DNA of 64,000 nucleotides from Gemmatimonadales bacterium (GCA_038231095.1 JBBRLZ010000016.1:7639-71638); one strand, 5' to 3'; positions 44,785 through 55,160 are shown, counted from the first letter of the stretch. Notes: a model not told the origin generated them from the letters alone. Numbers and translations are program-made.

Positions 44785-45672
44785 CTATCTGCTATCCCGA
44801 ATGGTAAACGAAAATGGCTGCACGATGACTGAAGGCACGGCGCACCCGTTGCTCGTTGCTGGGTGATACACCGAACCCTCCACGGCGCGCCGCATCGTCG
44901 AAACGAAGTCGCGCCACTCGAGTCGGGTGATCTGCGACGCGGGCATGATCGCTCTGCCGTCGCTGCCAACGACCACCTGCATCTCGCCTTCGTTCGTCAC
45001 GCGCGAGTAGGTCAAACTCGTCGGGTAATAGAGCGGCCCGCGCTTGAGTACGGTCGGCGGGGTCGCCGCGATGTACGACACGACCTGCGCTCGCATCAGT
45101 GGCAGATCGGTCGCCGGAGACGGGTTTTCCGTTGTGCGCAGTTGGACGACGAGCGTGTCATCCACGGTGCGTGCCTCGGCGACCGGCATTCCTTCGAAGT
45201 CGTGGGCGGTGTCCGCCTCAATCGTCGCCCGGTAGAACGCGGTCGCGAGCGGCGTGGAGAAAGGCACCTCCTGCCAGAATGCTTCACGCAGCCGGCCGTT
45301 GGGCTTCACCACCAACACCAGCCTGCCGCTTACGGCGCTGTAGTGCGTCGGCTCGCTGCCCCACGCGACATGGGTCCACTCCGCCAGCGTCGGCACCGCC
45401 CCCAGCGACTTCGGCATCACGAAGTGCTGCCGGATCGCGTCGGCGTAGTTGAGGATCAGCTGACGCTCGGTGTCGGAGTATTTCCGGCTGTTCCAGGCGG
45501 TGCCCGCGTTCACCGTCACCGTCACGATCGCGGAATCCGTTGAGGGCGCGCGGCCGGCCGGGCAGATCGGTGCGCCGCCCACCGCCACCGTCGATTGCGC
45601 GCCAAGCTTCGTGCTGGGCGGTGTCAGGACGCAGATGCCAAGCAGCCAGCTGACGCAACGAGCAGCACGCAT
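44785..45672 (-). CDS. Secreted protein with TonB C-terminal-like domain(s)
   Basis: Signal peptide, with ACGGAGG SD upstream of ATG 45672. The C-terminus PLYYPTSL...NEGEMQVVVGSDGRAIM...AVEGSVYHPATSNGCAVPSVIVQPFSF follows the TonB_C pattern. Confidence 0.5.
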   Translation of the reverse strand: MRAARCVSWLLGICVLTPPSTKLGAQSTVAVGGAPICPAGRAPSTDSAIVTVTVNAGTAWNSRKYSDTERQLILNYADAIRQHFVMPKSLGAVPTLAEWTHVAWGSEPTHYSAVSGRLVLVVKPNGRLREAFWQEVPFSTPLATAFYRATIEADTAHDFEGMPVAEARTVDDTLVVQLRTTENPSPATDLPLMRAQVVSYIAATPPTVLKRGPLYYPTSLTYSRVTNEGEMQVVVGSDGRAIMPASQITRLEWRDFVSTMRRAVEGSVYHPATSNGCAVPSVIVQPFSFTIRDSR

Positions 45673-45825
45673 ACGCCAGACCTCCGTGTTGTGGTCGAGT
45701 TGAGTCTATAGCTAAGCTGCCCAGCAACTTCCACAAGGACAATGGCAGGTGTCGCGCGCGGTGAGGTACGGCCACTGACGTGCGCGAGTGGAGTCAGGCG
45801 TGCGCACCAGGACGTGCTGGCGCAG

Positions 45826-45860
45826 AAGCAAAACGGGGACCCCGCCACCCGGAGTCCCCG
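45826..45860 (-). terminator. Rho-independent terminator of nrdJ
   Basis: Minus strand reads cggggac-loop-gtccccg (45834-45840 pairing with 45854-45860), followed by TTTTGCTT. Confidence 0.7.
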
Positions 45861-45891
45861 CCTGCCCTGCAACCGCAACCCCATCACGCCA

Positions 45892-48345
45892 TCAGAAGAT
45901 CTCGCACGCGCCACCAGCGCAGGCGACAGTCTCCTTCAGCGACGTGTAATCCGCCGCCTCGCTCATCAGCGCATAGTCCACCGGCGCGTACGACAGGCCG
46001 TTCCACTTCGCGATGTCCGCAGCCGTGGTCACTTCCTCGTTCGGCGCCTGCGGGTAGTCCTTGTCGCCGCTGGCCGGGAGGATGCTCACGCCTGTGAAGA
46101 ATGCGCGGTTGTCCCAGATGAAATCGGCGACCGCATCCCACTCGCCATCCTTCACCGTGACGGTGTTGCTGACGTTGTGACGCAGGCCGGGGTTGAACTT
46201 CTCGTGCGCCGTGCCGGGCACGACCCAGTTCTCCTGGACCAGCTTCACCATGTCGAGGAACTGCAGCGCGCCGATGTCCTTCTTGAGGATCGCGCCTTCG
46301 GGGGCCTCGACCGGGAAGGTGATGACGTCGGTGGTGTCGGCCTTCATGCCGTACACCTCGGTCATCTGTGGATTCCACGACTTGAAGAAATTATAGACCG
46401 GCTCCGTACGCGCCGCCTGCACGCGACGGAAATACCGCTTTGCGTGATGCGGATGAATGCCGCTGGCCGTGCCGAGCAACAGGCTGGCAGTGCCTTCCGG
46501 CTTGACGCACGTCACACGCGCGGCAGGCTGGATGCCGATGGCTTCGGCGACGGCGCGATTCGTCATCACGCAGGTCTCCGCACCCTTGCGCAACACGGCC
46601 GGATTCAGGAGCACGTCGGGGCGCTCGAGGATGCCGCAGATGCTGACGCCGAGCAGTGATTCGCGCTCGTTGATGACGCGAGTAATCGGGCCGAGGTACG
46701 CCATCTCGGTGTAGGCCGCCTGCAGCGTGCCGATCGTCGCGGCGACCGTGCACAACTCATAGAACCTTTCCGGCGTCTCGCACATGCGACCGTTGATCGT
46801 CGTCAGGTTGCAGTGCTGCCAGCCGCTGATCGTGTCACCCACCGCGACCGGCTCGCTGTAGCCATACGCTTCCAGCTTCGTCTTGACGGTGTCATCCACG
46901 ACGAGCGACGGCGCGAGACCGATTTCGACGCACGGGTTGGCGCCGTAGTCCGCGTTCTCGGTGAAGTAGAAGCCCGGCTCGCCAAACTGACGGATGGCGT
47001 TGAAGAGTGACATGAACTCGTCCTTCGTCGCATCGCTGCGCACCAGCATCGCACTGTTGTTGCTGTGCTGCCGTTGCGGCTGGTGCTTCCACCATTCGCC
47101 CGTCTTGGCGTTGACCATCTCTTCGTCATCGGCGCTGAAGAGCGCGATCGTGGCCGAGCGACGGATACCACCGCTGATCACCGCACTGGCGGCGAGCATG
47201 AGAATGTCGTAAGCCTCGATCGGGCGCATCTTGCGGCCCGGAATCGCATCGAGCACGGCGCGGATCTTCTCGAGCGCCTTCTTGAGGGGCTGATGGCCCG
47301 GCGCGCGACCACCGCTGGTGCGCAGCACGGCACCCTTGGCCCGGATCTCCGAGAAGTCGAACTCGACGTAGGCGCCCTCGTAGTACGACATCACGAGTTC
47401 CTGCATCGCGTCCGCCCAGCCCTCGATCGTGTCGGGGATGGTGAAGTGCTTGACCGGCAGGTCCTCCGCGCTGGCCCGCAGCGGGAACGGCTGCAGCCGC
47501 GCGACGTGCTGCTTCTGCACGCTGAAGCCCACACCCGTACCGCTCAGCAGCAGCCACAGCGCCTCGCTGAACTTCTTCACGTTGTCGATGTGACCGAACG
47601 TGCAGTTGTACATGCGGGCGTTGTTGACTTCGATCGCGTCGCCACCGAACTGCATCGAGCGCATGCTCGGCAGAGCCTTGCGGTCGCGCACGGCCTCCTC
47701 GGCCGCGTCGATCAGCTGGCCCAGCGTGCGATCGAGCCCGAACGCCTCGTTGCTGAGGATCGCGGCGAATCGATTGCGGTGCATGTCGAACACGCGCTTG
47801 GCGGCCTCGGGCCACAGCTCGCGGCGGCCGAGGTCTTCGCGATAGCGCGCGTACTTCGACATGGCGATGTAGTCGCTGATGCCGCTGATACCATGCTTGG
47901 CGATGCGCGCTTCCGACTTCTTGGCACGGTAGAGCACGTAGCTCTTCGCAACGTCGAAGTGGCCGGCGCCGGCGATCATCATCTCCACGATGTCCTGAAT
48001 CTCCTCCACCGACGGCTTCACGCCGCGCGTGGCCCGGAGCTCCACGGTATTGATCACCATACCGGCGATGCGCAGCACCTCGGCATGATCCATCAGGCTC
48101 AGGCCGTAATGCTTGGCCTGGTTGTCGCGGTTCGGGTTCTCGGCGCCCTTGTTCCGCTGCGCGAAGAACGCGAGCGCAATCGCGCGCACGATCCGCTCCG
48201 GGTCCCAATCGGCCGCACGTCCGTCACGCTTGCGCACCGCCTTGTCTGCGGCTGCCGTCATCATCGACGCCAGAGAATCCGGGTAATACACCGTCGTCAT
48301 GTTCGTCCCCACGGGTGGTTGGTCCTGCGATGTCGCATCATTCAT
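45892..48345 (-). CDS. nrdJ: Adenosylcobalamin-dependent (class II) ribonucleotide reductase
   Basis: ATP-cone-like AVRKRDGRAADWDPERIVRAI. Core motifs NCTFGHIDN and LLLSGTGVGFSV. C-terminal redox pair CAGGACEIF. The start is uncertain: ATG 48345 is chosen, with ATG 48300 and the ORF-track 48453 as alternatives. Confidence 0.82.
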   Translation of the reverse strand: MNDATSQDQPPVGTNMTTVYYPDSLASMMTAAADKAVRKRDGRAADWDPERIVRAIALAFFAQRNKGAENPNRDNQAKHYGLSLMDHAEVLRIAGMVINTVELRATRGVKPSVEEIQDIVEMMIAGAGHFDVAKSYVLYRAKKSEARIAKHGISGISDYIAMSKYARYREDLGRRELWPEAAKRVFDMHRNRFAAILSNEAFGLDRTLGQLIDAAEEAVRDRKALPSMRSMQFGGDAIEVNNARMYNCTFGHIDNVKKFSEALWLLLSGTGVGFSVQKQHVARLQPFPLRASAEDLPVKHFTIPDTIEGWADAMQELVMSYYEGAYVEFDFSEIRAKGAVLRTSGGRAPGHQPLKKALEKIRAVLDAIPGRKMRPIEAYDILMLAASAVISGGIRRSATIALFSADDEEMVNAKTGEWWKHQPQRQHSNNSAMLVRSDATKDEFMSLFNAIRQFGEPGFYFTENADYGANPCVEIGLAPSLVVDDTVKTKLEAYGYSEPVAVGDTISGWQHCNLTTINGRMCETPERFYELCTVAATIGTLQAAYTEMAYLGPITRVINERESLLGVSICGILERPDVLLNPAVLRKGAETCVMTNRAVAEAIGIQPAARVTCVKPEGTASLLLGTASGIHPHHAKRYFRRVQAARTEPVYNFFKSWNPQMTEVYGMKADTTDVITFPVEAPEGAILKKDIGALQFLDMVKLVQENWVVPGTAHEKFNPGLRHNVSNTVTVKDGEWDAVADFIWDNRAFFTGVSILPASGDKDYPQAPNEEVTTAADIAKWNGLSYAPVDYALMSEAADYTSLKETVACAGGACEIF

Positions 48346-48985
48346 GAGAGTCCCGCCTGCGTTGCCATCCAGCTTCTCTGCGTCCGCCCGACCACCCAAC
48401 CCCATCCTTCCTGATACCCCTCCGTCTCGCTCGTGCCCCATCGACAGGGACACGAACTCCCCCGCAGCGGTACCTCACCTGACTTGCTGCGGGACATTGA
48501 GTACGACACGGACCTTCAGGGACCAGCAACGACGGAGCGCGGCGTGACCGGATCGAAACAGACGGGCAACCAGCGCGGAGCAGGACAGTACGACCCTTCG
48601 TGAGTCCGCGCCAGCGTTCCGCAAACACCCATCGGAGCAACAGTTTAGCGTCTCTCGGATCACATTTGTACTGTTTTTCGATCCACATCCCGACGCCTGC
48701 ACCGAAACATTTTGACGCGGACAGGCCGGTCCGCTGATCCGACGAAAACTCTGTAAGAGTATATCCGACAATGTCTTGGACGGTTCCAGCGTTGATCACG
48801 AAACCGGCGGACCAAGGCTTTCCACACAATCCACAGCCGTCAACATCGGTGGAGATTGCCCCGAGACACGTCGCCCGGATTCCACCGCCGAGGCCGACCC
48901 AACCGGTTTGGGCGCGTGTGACCAGGCAAGCCTCCGAATCGTCCGTGGTGGCGGGCCAGAAAGGCCCCGCCCGGTGACTGATCCG

Positions 48986-49549
48986 TTACGAGACGGGGTG
49001 GTAGCGCACCTGCCCTTCACGGTGCTCCACGGCCAGCCTGCGGTACGTCGCGCCGGACCGTGCGATCCGGTCCCGTTCCTCAGCCGTGGTCGCCCGAACC
49101 ACCTTCCCGGGCACGCCGAGTACCAGCGAATCTGCCGGAATCACCACGCCTTCGGCCACGAGCGTACCCGCGCCGACGATGCTCCCGCGCCCGATCCGGC
49201 ACCGGTTGAGGAGAATCGCACCCATGCCGATCAGCACATCGTCCTCGATCTGGCAACCGTGAAGGATCGCCCGATGGCCGACCGTGACCTGCGCACCGAC
49301 GGTGGTCGGGGCGCCGGGATCGGCGTGGACCACGACCAGATCCTGGATATTCGAGCCGTCGCCAATCGTGATCTGCTCCGTGTCACCGCGGATCACTGCC
49401 CCGCCCCACACGCTCACCTCGGCGCCGAGCGTCACGGTGCCACAGACGGAAGCGCGCGGATGGACGAACGCCGTCGCGTGGACGGCCGGCGGGCCCCGGA
49501 ACGCTCGTGCGTTGCCCGCCGCCGCGTCGTTACGTGCCGCGTCACTCAC
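48986..49549 (-). CDS. Gamma-carbonic-anhydrase-like hexapeptide-repeat (LbH) protein
   Basis: GTG 49549 overlaps the amidase stop (GTGA). Left-handed beta-helix hexapeptide repeats (VWGGAVIRGD, ITIGDGSNIQD, VTVGHRAILHG, VLIGMGAILL) and a C-terminal helix. Confidence 0.8.
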   Translation of the reverse strand: MSDAARNDAAAGNARAFRGPPAVHATAFVHPRASVCGTVTLGAEVSVWGGAVIRGDTEQITIGDGSNIQDLVVVHADPGAPTTVGAQVTVGHRAILHGCQIEDDVLIGMGAILLNRCRIGRGSIVGAGTLVAEGVVIPADSLVLGVPGKVVRATTAEERDRIARSGATYRRLAVEHREGQVRYHPVS

Positions 49550-51417
49550 GGCCGCCCCTGCTCGACCGCCAGCGCGGCGAACCACGCCTCCAGCCCTTCG
49601 ACGATCGCCAGCGCATACGCCTCCTGAAACTCCGGCGTGCGCAACGCCGCTTCCTGCTCGGGTACGATCACGTACGCACCTTCGACCAACACGCTCGGCA
49701 TCCACGGGCCACGCACGACAGCCAGGTTGTCAAACCAGGTGCCCTCGTTCGACAAGCCGAGTCGCGCCAGAACACGCGCCTGAATCGCCCGTGCGAGCGA
49801 CGCGCTGTTCGGGTGGAAGTAGTACGTGCCGCTGCCGTTGTTGAGATTTGGATTCACACCGTCCGGCTTCGCGTTCAGGTGAATCGACACGAAGGCCTGT
49901 GCATCGGCGCGGCGCGCCATCACGGGCCGGTCGCCAAGCGGTACCGGCGCGGCCGACGAGCGCGTCATGAACGGAATTGCACCGCGCTCGGTGAGCAGGC
50001 GCTGTACGCGTTCACCAACGGCCAGCGTGGCAACGCCTTCATACAAGCCCGTCGGGCCGGTGGAGCCGACCGGCGGATGGCCCGGATCGACGGCGATCTT
50101 CAAGCCGCGTAACGGATGCGCGGCATCGATCAGTGGCGCTCTCCGCATGCGCAACACGAACGCATCGCCGCGCCAGAACGCGAACCACCCGTACGCCTCA
50201 CGCTGCAGTTGCACGGTGTACACCGCACGATCATTGGACTCGTTTGTCCATTGGACGTCGCGCACGAGCGAATCGGCGCGCTGGAACCAGACGATGTCGG
50301 TGTTGCCGGTCACGCCGTGCAGCGTGAGTCGCAGCGACCGGCCCATGCCCTCGACGCGATACGCCGGTCGTGCGCTCATGGGCAGCACCAGATCGACGAA
50401 GCCATCGCCCGGCACCAGTCGCGCGTTGTTGACGATGCGCCGTGGCGCGACGGTGCCCGCGGGCAACGGCGTCGTCGCATCGGCATCGACCCAGACGTCG
50501 AGCCCCTGATCGAGCTGCACGCGCACGGATTCGCCTTGCCGCGCGGTGGCGCGCAGCACGGTGCCTGGCAGCAGGAACCACTTGTAGGTGCCACCCGGGA
50601 TCGGCCGTGCAATCACGACGGCGTCGCTGTCGGCGGAGGCGATGCCGATGCGCACGAGGCCGAGCGAATCGCCGTTGAGGATCGGCGGGAGCGGGCGTGA
50701 CGTCCGTGTCGTGTCGCCGCGACCGAAGACGCTCAACGTCGCGCCGCAGCGCAGCGCCCGTGCGGTCAGCTCACGGACCGCTGTTTCACTGCCATCGGGT
50801 AGAAGCAGCGGAATGGGCGGCGACGCCGCAGCATTCGCGCAGATTGGGGTTTGGACCTCCGCGCGTGCCCCCGCAGCCAGCCGCACCGAGACGCGCACCG
50901 GCTCATCGTCGCGGAGCGCGAGGCCGGCGGCCCGGGGGGCGATGCTGGTGGTGTCGAAGTACGGCGGCCGCACAGCGTCCACCGGTCCGCGCTCGGCCGG
51001 TAGGCGGATCGGCAGCGAGGTGCGCTGCGGCTCGGTGCCAGCGACTGTCGCCACGACGTCGAACTGGGCGCGGCTGCGCGGCGGCATCGCGACCCAGGCG
51101 AGGAAGGCGCCGTTCGGTCGGACGACGACGGGAGCGCCGTTGATCGTGAGCGACGCGCCTCCATGGTTGACCGTGCCGAGGAGGAAGGTCGAGTCGCGGG
51201 CGGCGATGACCTGGTTGGGCGAGGGATATTGAATCCGGATGGCGAGCGGGCCGTCGGCGCGCGGAATGGCTGGCCAACTCGGCGCCGCAGTGGCGGGCGC
51301 TGGCGCGATTCCGGAACCCGGGCGGCTCGCGCAGCCTGTCGCGAGGAGACATGACAGCAGTGCGCCAGAGTGACACACCACGAAACCGGACCGAAGCGGA
51401 ACGCGTAGCATGATCAA
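49546..51417 (-). CDS. N-acetylmuramoyl-L-alanine amidase (Amidase_3 domain) lipoprotein with a long N-terminal region
   Basis: Lipobox LLATGC. The C-terminal IAVDPGHPP...FVSIHLNA...GSGTYYF...SVLVEGAYV matches AmiA/B/C-type zinc amidases. Confidence 0.82.
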   Translation of the reverse strand: MIMLRVPLRSGFVVCHSGALLSCLLATGCASRPGSGIAPAPATAAPSWPAIPRADGPLAIRIQYPSPNQVIAARDSTFLLGTVNHGGASLTINGAPVVVRPNGAFLAWVAMPPRSRAQFDVVATVAGTEPQRTSLPIRLPAERGPVDAVRPPYFDTTSIAPRAAGLALRDDEPVRVSVRLAAGARAEVQTPICANAAASPPIPLLLPDGSETAVRELTARALRCGATLSVFGRGDTTRTSRPLPPILNGDSLGLVRIGIASADSDAVVIARPIPGGTYKWFLLPGTVLRATARQGESVRVQLDQGLDVWVDADATTPLPAGTVAPRRIVNNARLVPGDGFVDLVLPMSARPAYRVEGMGRSLRLTLHGVTGNTDIVWFQRADSLVRDVQWTNESNDRAVYTVQLQREAYGWFAFWRGDAFVLRMRRAPLIDAAHPLRGLKIAVDPGHPPVGSTGPTGLYEGVATLAVGERVQRLLTERGAIPFMTRSSAAPVPLGDRPVMARRADAQAFVSIHLNAKPDGVNPNLNNGSGTYYFHPNSASLARAIQARVLARLGLSNEGTWFDNLAVVRGPWMPSVLVEGAYVIVPEQEAALRTPEFQEAYALAIVEGLEAWFAALAVEQGRP

Positions 51418-51560
51418 AGATAGTGCGGCTCGGGCACCCTCCGATTTGACCGCCTCATGCGCTTCGTCCTAGCTTCTCTCTACGCGGGTGCTGCCCGGAG
51501 GGGGCGAACTCGCGACCGGACCGCAGGCTTCACCCTCTTCACGCGACGACAGTGCCAGTC

Positions 51561-52709
51561 ATGAGCCACCCCACGCCGTCCGAGACGCCCATTCCACGCC
51601 CCGGCGTGCGACTGCGTCTCGCCGGAATGTCGGATGTCGGCATCACCCGCGAACACAACGAAGATGCGTTCGCCTACCTCGATCTGACGACGGGGCGAAC
51701 TCATGCGGAATCGCACGAGGGTCTGATCGACGTTGGGCTGCGCGGTGTCGTGTTGGTCGTGGCAGACGGCATGGGCGGCGCAGCCGCTGGCGAGATCGCC
51801 AGTGCGATGGCGGTTGAAGCGGTGCTCGACACGTTTCGCGCGCAGTGGATGCAGAGTGTCGGGCGCGACACCGATACGTTCGTCGAAACGATTCGCGACG
51901 CTGCCGATACGGCGAATCATCGCATCTTCGCGTATGCCGGTGCGCACCCCGAACATGCCGGCATGGGCACGACCGCGACGATCGCCGGCCTGCTCGGCAG
52001 CTCACTGTATCTGGCGCAGGTTGGTGACAGCCGCGCATACATCGTGCGCGATGGTGTGGCGCAACAGATCACGAAAGACCAGAGCCTGATGCAGCAGCTG
52101 ATCGAGGCTGGTGAGATGACGCCGGATCAGGCGGAAGTCAGCGAACGTCGCAACATCATCCTTCAGGCGCTCGGGCCCGACAGCACGGTGCGCCCCGACT
52201 TCACGCAGCAGCCGCTCGCGCGCGGCGACACGCTGGTGATGTGCAGCGACGGCCTGACGACGCATCTGCGCGCGCACGACATCGCGCGCATCGTGACGGC
52301 GAGCTCCGATCCTGATGATGCGTGCGACCAGTTGATCGCGGCGGCGAATGCCGACGGTGGCCACGACAACATCACGGTGCTGGTCGCCACGTTCGACGGC
52401 GACGGCATGCCGGAGCACGAGGAGCTGCAACGATACATCGGCCATCAGACGTATCCGCTGCCCGACAGCGGCGTGCCGACGCTGGACCGGATGCGTGGTC
52501 GCATGCGGAGCGGTGCGGTGCCTGCGGTGACGCGCGCGCCGACACCGGCGCTCGGAGTGCAGGGCATGTCGAATGCGGAGACCCCTGGTGCCAGCAGCAC
52601 GATTCCGCCGCGCGATCCCGCCAAGGCGTATCTGTACGTGGCGGTGTTCGCGATCGTGGTCGTGGTGGCGTGGGCAATCTGGAAATTCGGGAACTTCGGC
52701 GCACGCTGA
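51561..52709 (+). CDS. PP2C-family Ser/Thr protein phosphatase with C-terminal membrane anchor
   Basis: MSDVGITREHNEDAF, VVADGMGGAAAGEIAS and GGHDNITVLV, plus a C-terminal TM YLYVAVFAIVVVVAWAIW. ATG 51561 is preferred to the GTG at 51552. Confidence 0.85.
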   Translation: MSHPTPSETPIPRPGVRLRLAGMSDVGITREHNEDAFAYLDLTTGRTHAESHEGLIDVGLRGVVLVVADGMGGAAAGEIASAMAVEAVLDTFRAQWMQSVGRDTDTFVETIRDAADTANHRIFAYAGAHPEHAGMGTTATIAGLLGSSLYLAQVGDSRAYIVRDGVAQQITKDQSLMQQLIEAGEMTPDQAEVSERRNIILQALGPDSTVRPDFTQQPLARGDTLVMCSDGLTTHLRAHDIARIVTASSDPDDACDQLIAAANADGGHDNITVLVATFDGDGMPEHEELQRYIGHQTYPLPDSGVPTLDRMRGRMRSGAVPAVTRAPTPALGVQGMSNAETPGASSTIPPRDPAKAYLYVAVFAIVVVVAWAIWKFGNFGAR

Positions 52710-52746
52710 TTGCAGGTTGTGGTCGCCTGCCGCGACCGAGGGATCG

Positions 52747-53577
52747 ATGAATCGCCGCAACTTCCTGATGTCGTCGGGCGCCGGTGTCGCCAGCCTGCTG
52801 ACGTATGCGCACTGGATCGAACCGTTCTGGCTCGAGGTGACGCGCCGCGACCTGCCAATCGCGCATCTCCCGACATCGCTCGACGGCAGGACGCTGCTGC
52901 ACCTCAGCGATGTGCACATCGGTCCCGTCGCGAACGACTATCTGACGCGTGTGTGGCGAACCGGCGCGGCGCTCGAGCCGGACATCGTTGCATTCACCGG
53001 CGACTGGGTCTCGTGGCGCGCGCCGGACCAGCTGCGTGAACTGGAAGCACACCTGCCGCACTTCCCGCGCGGCCGCATGGCGACCGTGTCGGTGCTCGGC
53101 AATCACGACTACGGATTCCGCTGGCGCGACCAGCGCGTGTCGGACGCGATCGTGGAACGCGTGCGCGCTGCGGGAATCACCGTGCTCCGCAACGAGGTGC
53201 TGGAGATCGACGGACTCGCGATCACAGGCATCGATGACTACTGGTCGCCGTTTGCCCGGCCGGAGAAGGCGCTCGCGACGTGGACGCGCGACACGCCGAC
53301 GCTGGTGCTCAACCACAACCCCGACTGCATGGATGAACGTGCCCGCTGGAACGGCTATGACGGCTGGGTGCTGTCCGGGCACACGCACGGCGGTCAATGT
53401 CGCTCGCCGTTTCTGGCGCCGCCGATCATGCCAGTGAAGAACAAGCGCTACACGTCGGGCGAGATCGCGCTCGACGATGGGCGACGCGTGTACATCAGCC
53501 GCGGGGTCGGGTTCAATCTGCAGGCGCGCCTCGATGTGCGGCCGGAACTGACGCTCTTCACGCTCCGACGCGCGTAA
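52747..53577 (+). CDS. Tat-exported calcineurin-like metallophosphoesterase
   Basis: ATG 52747 gives MNRRNFLMSSGAGVASLL (twin-arginine motif). Motifs are LHLSDVHIG, FTGDW, GNHD and GHTHGG. Confidence 0.82.
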   Translation: MNRRNFLMSSGAGVASLLTYAHWIEPFWLEVTRRDLPIAHLPTSLDGRTLLHLSDVHIGPVANDYLTRVWRTGAALEPDIVAFTGDWVSWRAPDQLRELEAHLPHFPRGRMATVSVLGNHDYGFRWRDQRVSDAIVERVRAAGITVLRNEVLEIDGLAITGIDDYWSPFARPEKALATWTRDTPTLVLNHNPDCMDERARWNGYDGWVLSGHTHGGQCRSPFLAPPIMPVKNKRYTSGEIALDDGRRVYISRGVGFNLQARLDVRPELTLFTLRRA

Positions 53578-53600
53578 CGCGCGCCGCAGTTCGCAGCAAA

Positions 53601-55142
53601 TCAGCTGCGCTGCTTCGCGAGCCAGCGACCGACGGCGGACTGCATGCACGCATCACCGCTCCACGCCACGACCAATGGCGCTTCGTCACCGAATGCTGCG
53701 GCGAGACGCGGATGCCCGAACCAGACGATGACGACATCGCGACCGGCGGCTTTCGCGTCGGCATAGAGCTGCAACGCGTTGTCACGCACGTCGGGAGCGA
53801 CTTCGAGCGAGCCACGGCCCTGGGTCGGTTCACCGAACGCCGCGATCACCACGGTGCCGCGACTCGGCCCATCGGACCGCTCGGACGGCCGCGCATCGAT
53901 GCTCAGCTGCCGCAACGTGTTCATGAGTGCCGCGCGCGGTGTGCGCATGTCGCCACCGCGGGCATCGCTGTCGAGCGAGCAGAGTTCGATCGGTGCGCGG
54001 ATGCCGCGCGTGAGCGGACGCACGACCTGCAGGACGCGATCGGCGAGACCGGCGCACCAGAGCACGTCGGTCCCGGACGGACGGCGATAGTCGTTCGGGG
54101 GTGACACCCACTGCGCCCACTTGAGGCGGCGACGGAGCGACAGGCGCAACCGATCGCGTTCGATGCGCCCTTCGGCGACCGCTTCTTCGAGCGCCTGCAC
54201 CGTCTTCTGCAGATCACCCGGCGCGAGCACCAGATCGCAGCCGGCGAGAATCGCACGCACTGCGGCCTCGCCTTCATCGATGCCCTGCAACACACCGAGC
54301 ATGTTGATGGAGTCGCCGACGATCAGGTTCTCGTACTCGCAGCGCTGACGGAGCACCCAGGTCAGGATCTCGCGCGAGAGCGTGGCCGGGACCCCGCTCG
54401 GGTCGAGCGAGGTGTACGCCACATGCGCCGTCATGATCGAACCGACGCCGGCATCGATGGCGGACTTGAACGGCAACAGATCATCCTGCATCAGCACGGA
54501 ATGCGGTGTGCTGACGACGGGCAACGTCAGGTGCGAATCCTCGATCGTCCGACCGTGCCCGGGGAAGTGCTTGGCGCAGGCGAGCACGCCTTCACTCTGG
54601 CAGGCATCGATCCATTCCGCGACGTAGTCCCCGACTTCACTCGGCTGGGATCCGAACGCGCGCGTGTTGATGAGCGGATTGAGCGGTTCGACATCCAGAT
54701 CGGCGACCGGCGCATAATTCCAGTTGACGCCCATCGTGCGCGCTTCACGGGCCGTATGACGCGCGGCACGGCGCACTGCATCGCGATCGCGGAGCGAGGC
54801 GATGGCGGCGGCGGGGGGCAGGCCGGTCGAGCCCTCAAACTGCTGTCCGGCACCGCGCTCCATGTCAGCGCCGATCAGCAGCGGTGTCTTGGAGCGCTGC
54901 TGGAGATCGCGCGTCAGTGCGCGCACCGCTTCCGGCGTGCCGCCGTACAGCGTGAATCCGCCGACACCCATCCGCAACGCCGCGTCGATGTGCGGACGCG
55001 CGTCGCCGTACCCGCGGGAGGGGTCCCAGCGGATCGCCGCAATGCACAACGAGGCTGCATCGCTCATGCGGCGGCCGCCACCAGAGGGAGGTGGCTCATC
55101 GTGTGTGCGCCGGTCGGGCGTCGGCGGCTGGGTCGGCGACAT
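53601..55142 (-). CDS. nagZ: Glycoside hydrolase family 3, beta-N-acetylhexosaminidase (NagZ-like) with C-terminal extension
   Basis: IGADMERGAGQQF, NYAPVADLD and KHFPGHGRT...DSH motifs. Lies downstream of anmK and murQ. Confidence 0.78.
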   Translation of the reverse strand: MSPTQPPTPDRRTHDEPPPSGGGRRMSDAASLCIAAIRWDPSRGYGDARPHIDAALRMGVGGFTLYGGTPEAVRALTRDLQQRSKTPLLIGADMERGAGQQFEGSTGLPPAAAIASLRDRDAVRRAARHTAREARTMGVNWNYAPVADLDVEPLNPLINTRAFGSQPSEVGDYVAEWIDACQSEGVLACAKHFPGHGRTIEDSHLTLPVVSTPHSVLMQDDLLPFKSAIDAGVGSIMTAHVAYTSLDPSGVPATLSREILTWVLRQRCEYENLIVGDSINMLGVLQGIDEGEAAVRAILAGCDLVLAPGDLQKTVQALEEAVAEGRIERDRLRLSLRRRLKWAQWVSPPNDYRRPSGTDVLWCAGLADRVLQVVRPLTRGIRAPIELCSLDSDARGGDMRTPRAALMNTLRQLSIDARPSERSDGPSRGTVVIAAFGEPTQGRGSLEVAPDVRDNALQLYADAKAAGRDVVIVWFGHPRLAAAFGDEAPLVVAWSGDACMQSAVGRWLAKQRS

Positions 55143-55160
55143 AGGATCGCTCTTGGCCGG

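Noticed and set aside
48454-48780. Cobalamin riboswitch in the nrdJ leader.
   Set aside because: I could not find the B12 box or the GGUGAAAAUCC/CCCGCCACUG-type core in either strand. The one weak resemblance (cagcggaccggcc) is in the wrong position. B12 riboswitches normally control B12-independent isozymes.
48640-48780. NrdR boxes upstream of nrdJ.
   Set aside because: Candidate AT-rich 16-mers (gtcggatatactctta, acagtacaaatgtgat) match the palindromic acaCwAtATaTwGtgt consensus in only one half each and are not at the usual tandem spacing.
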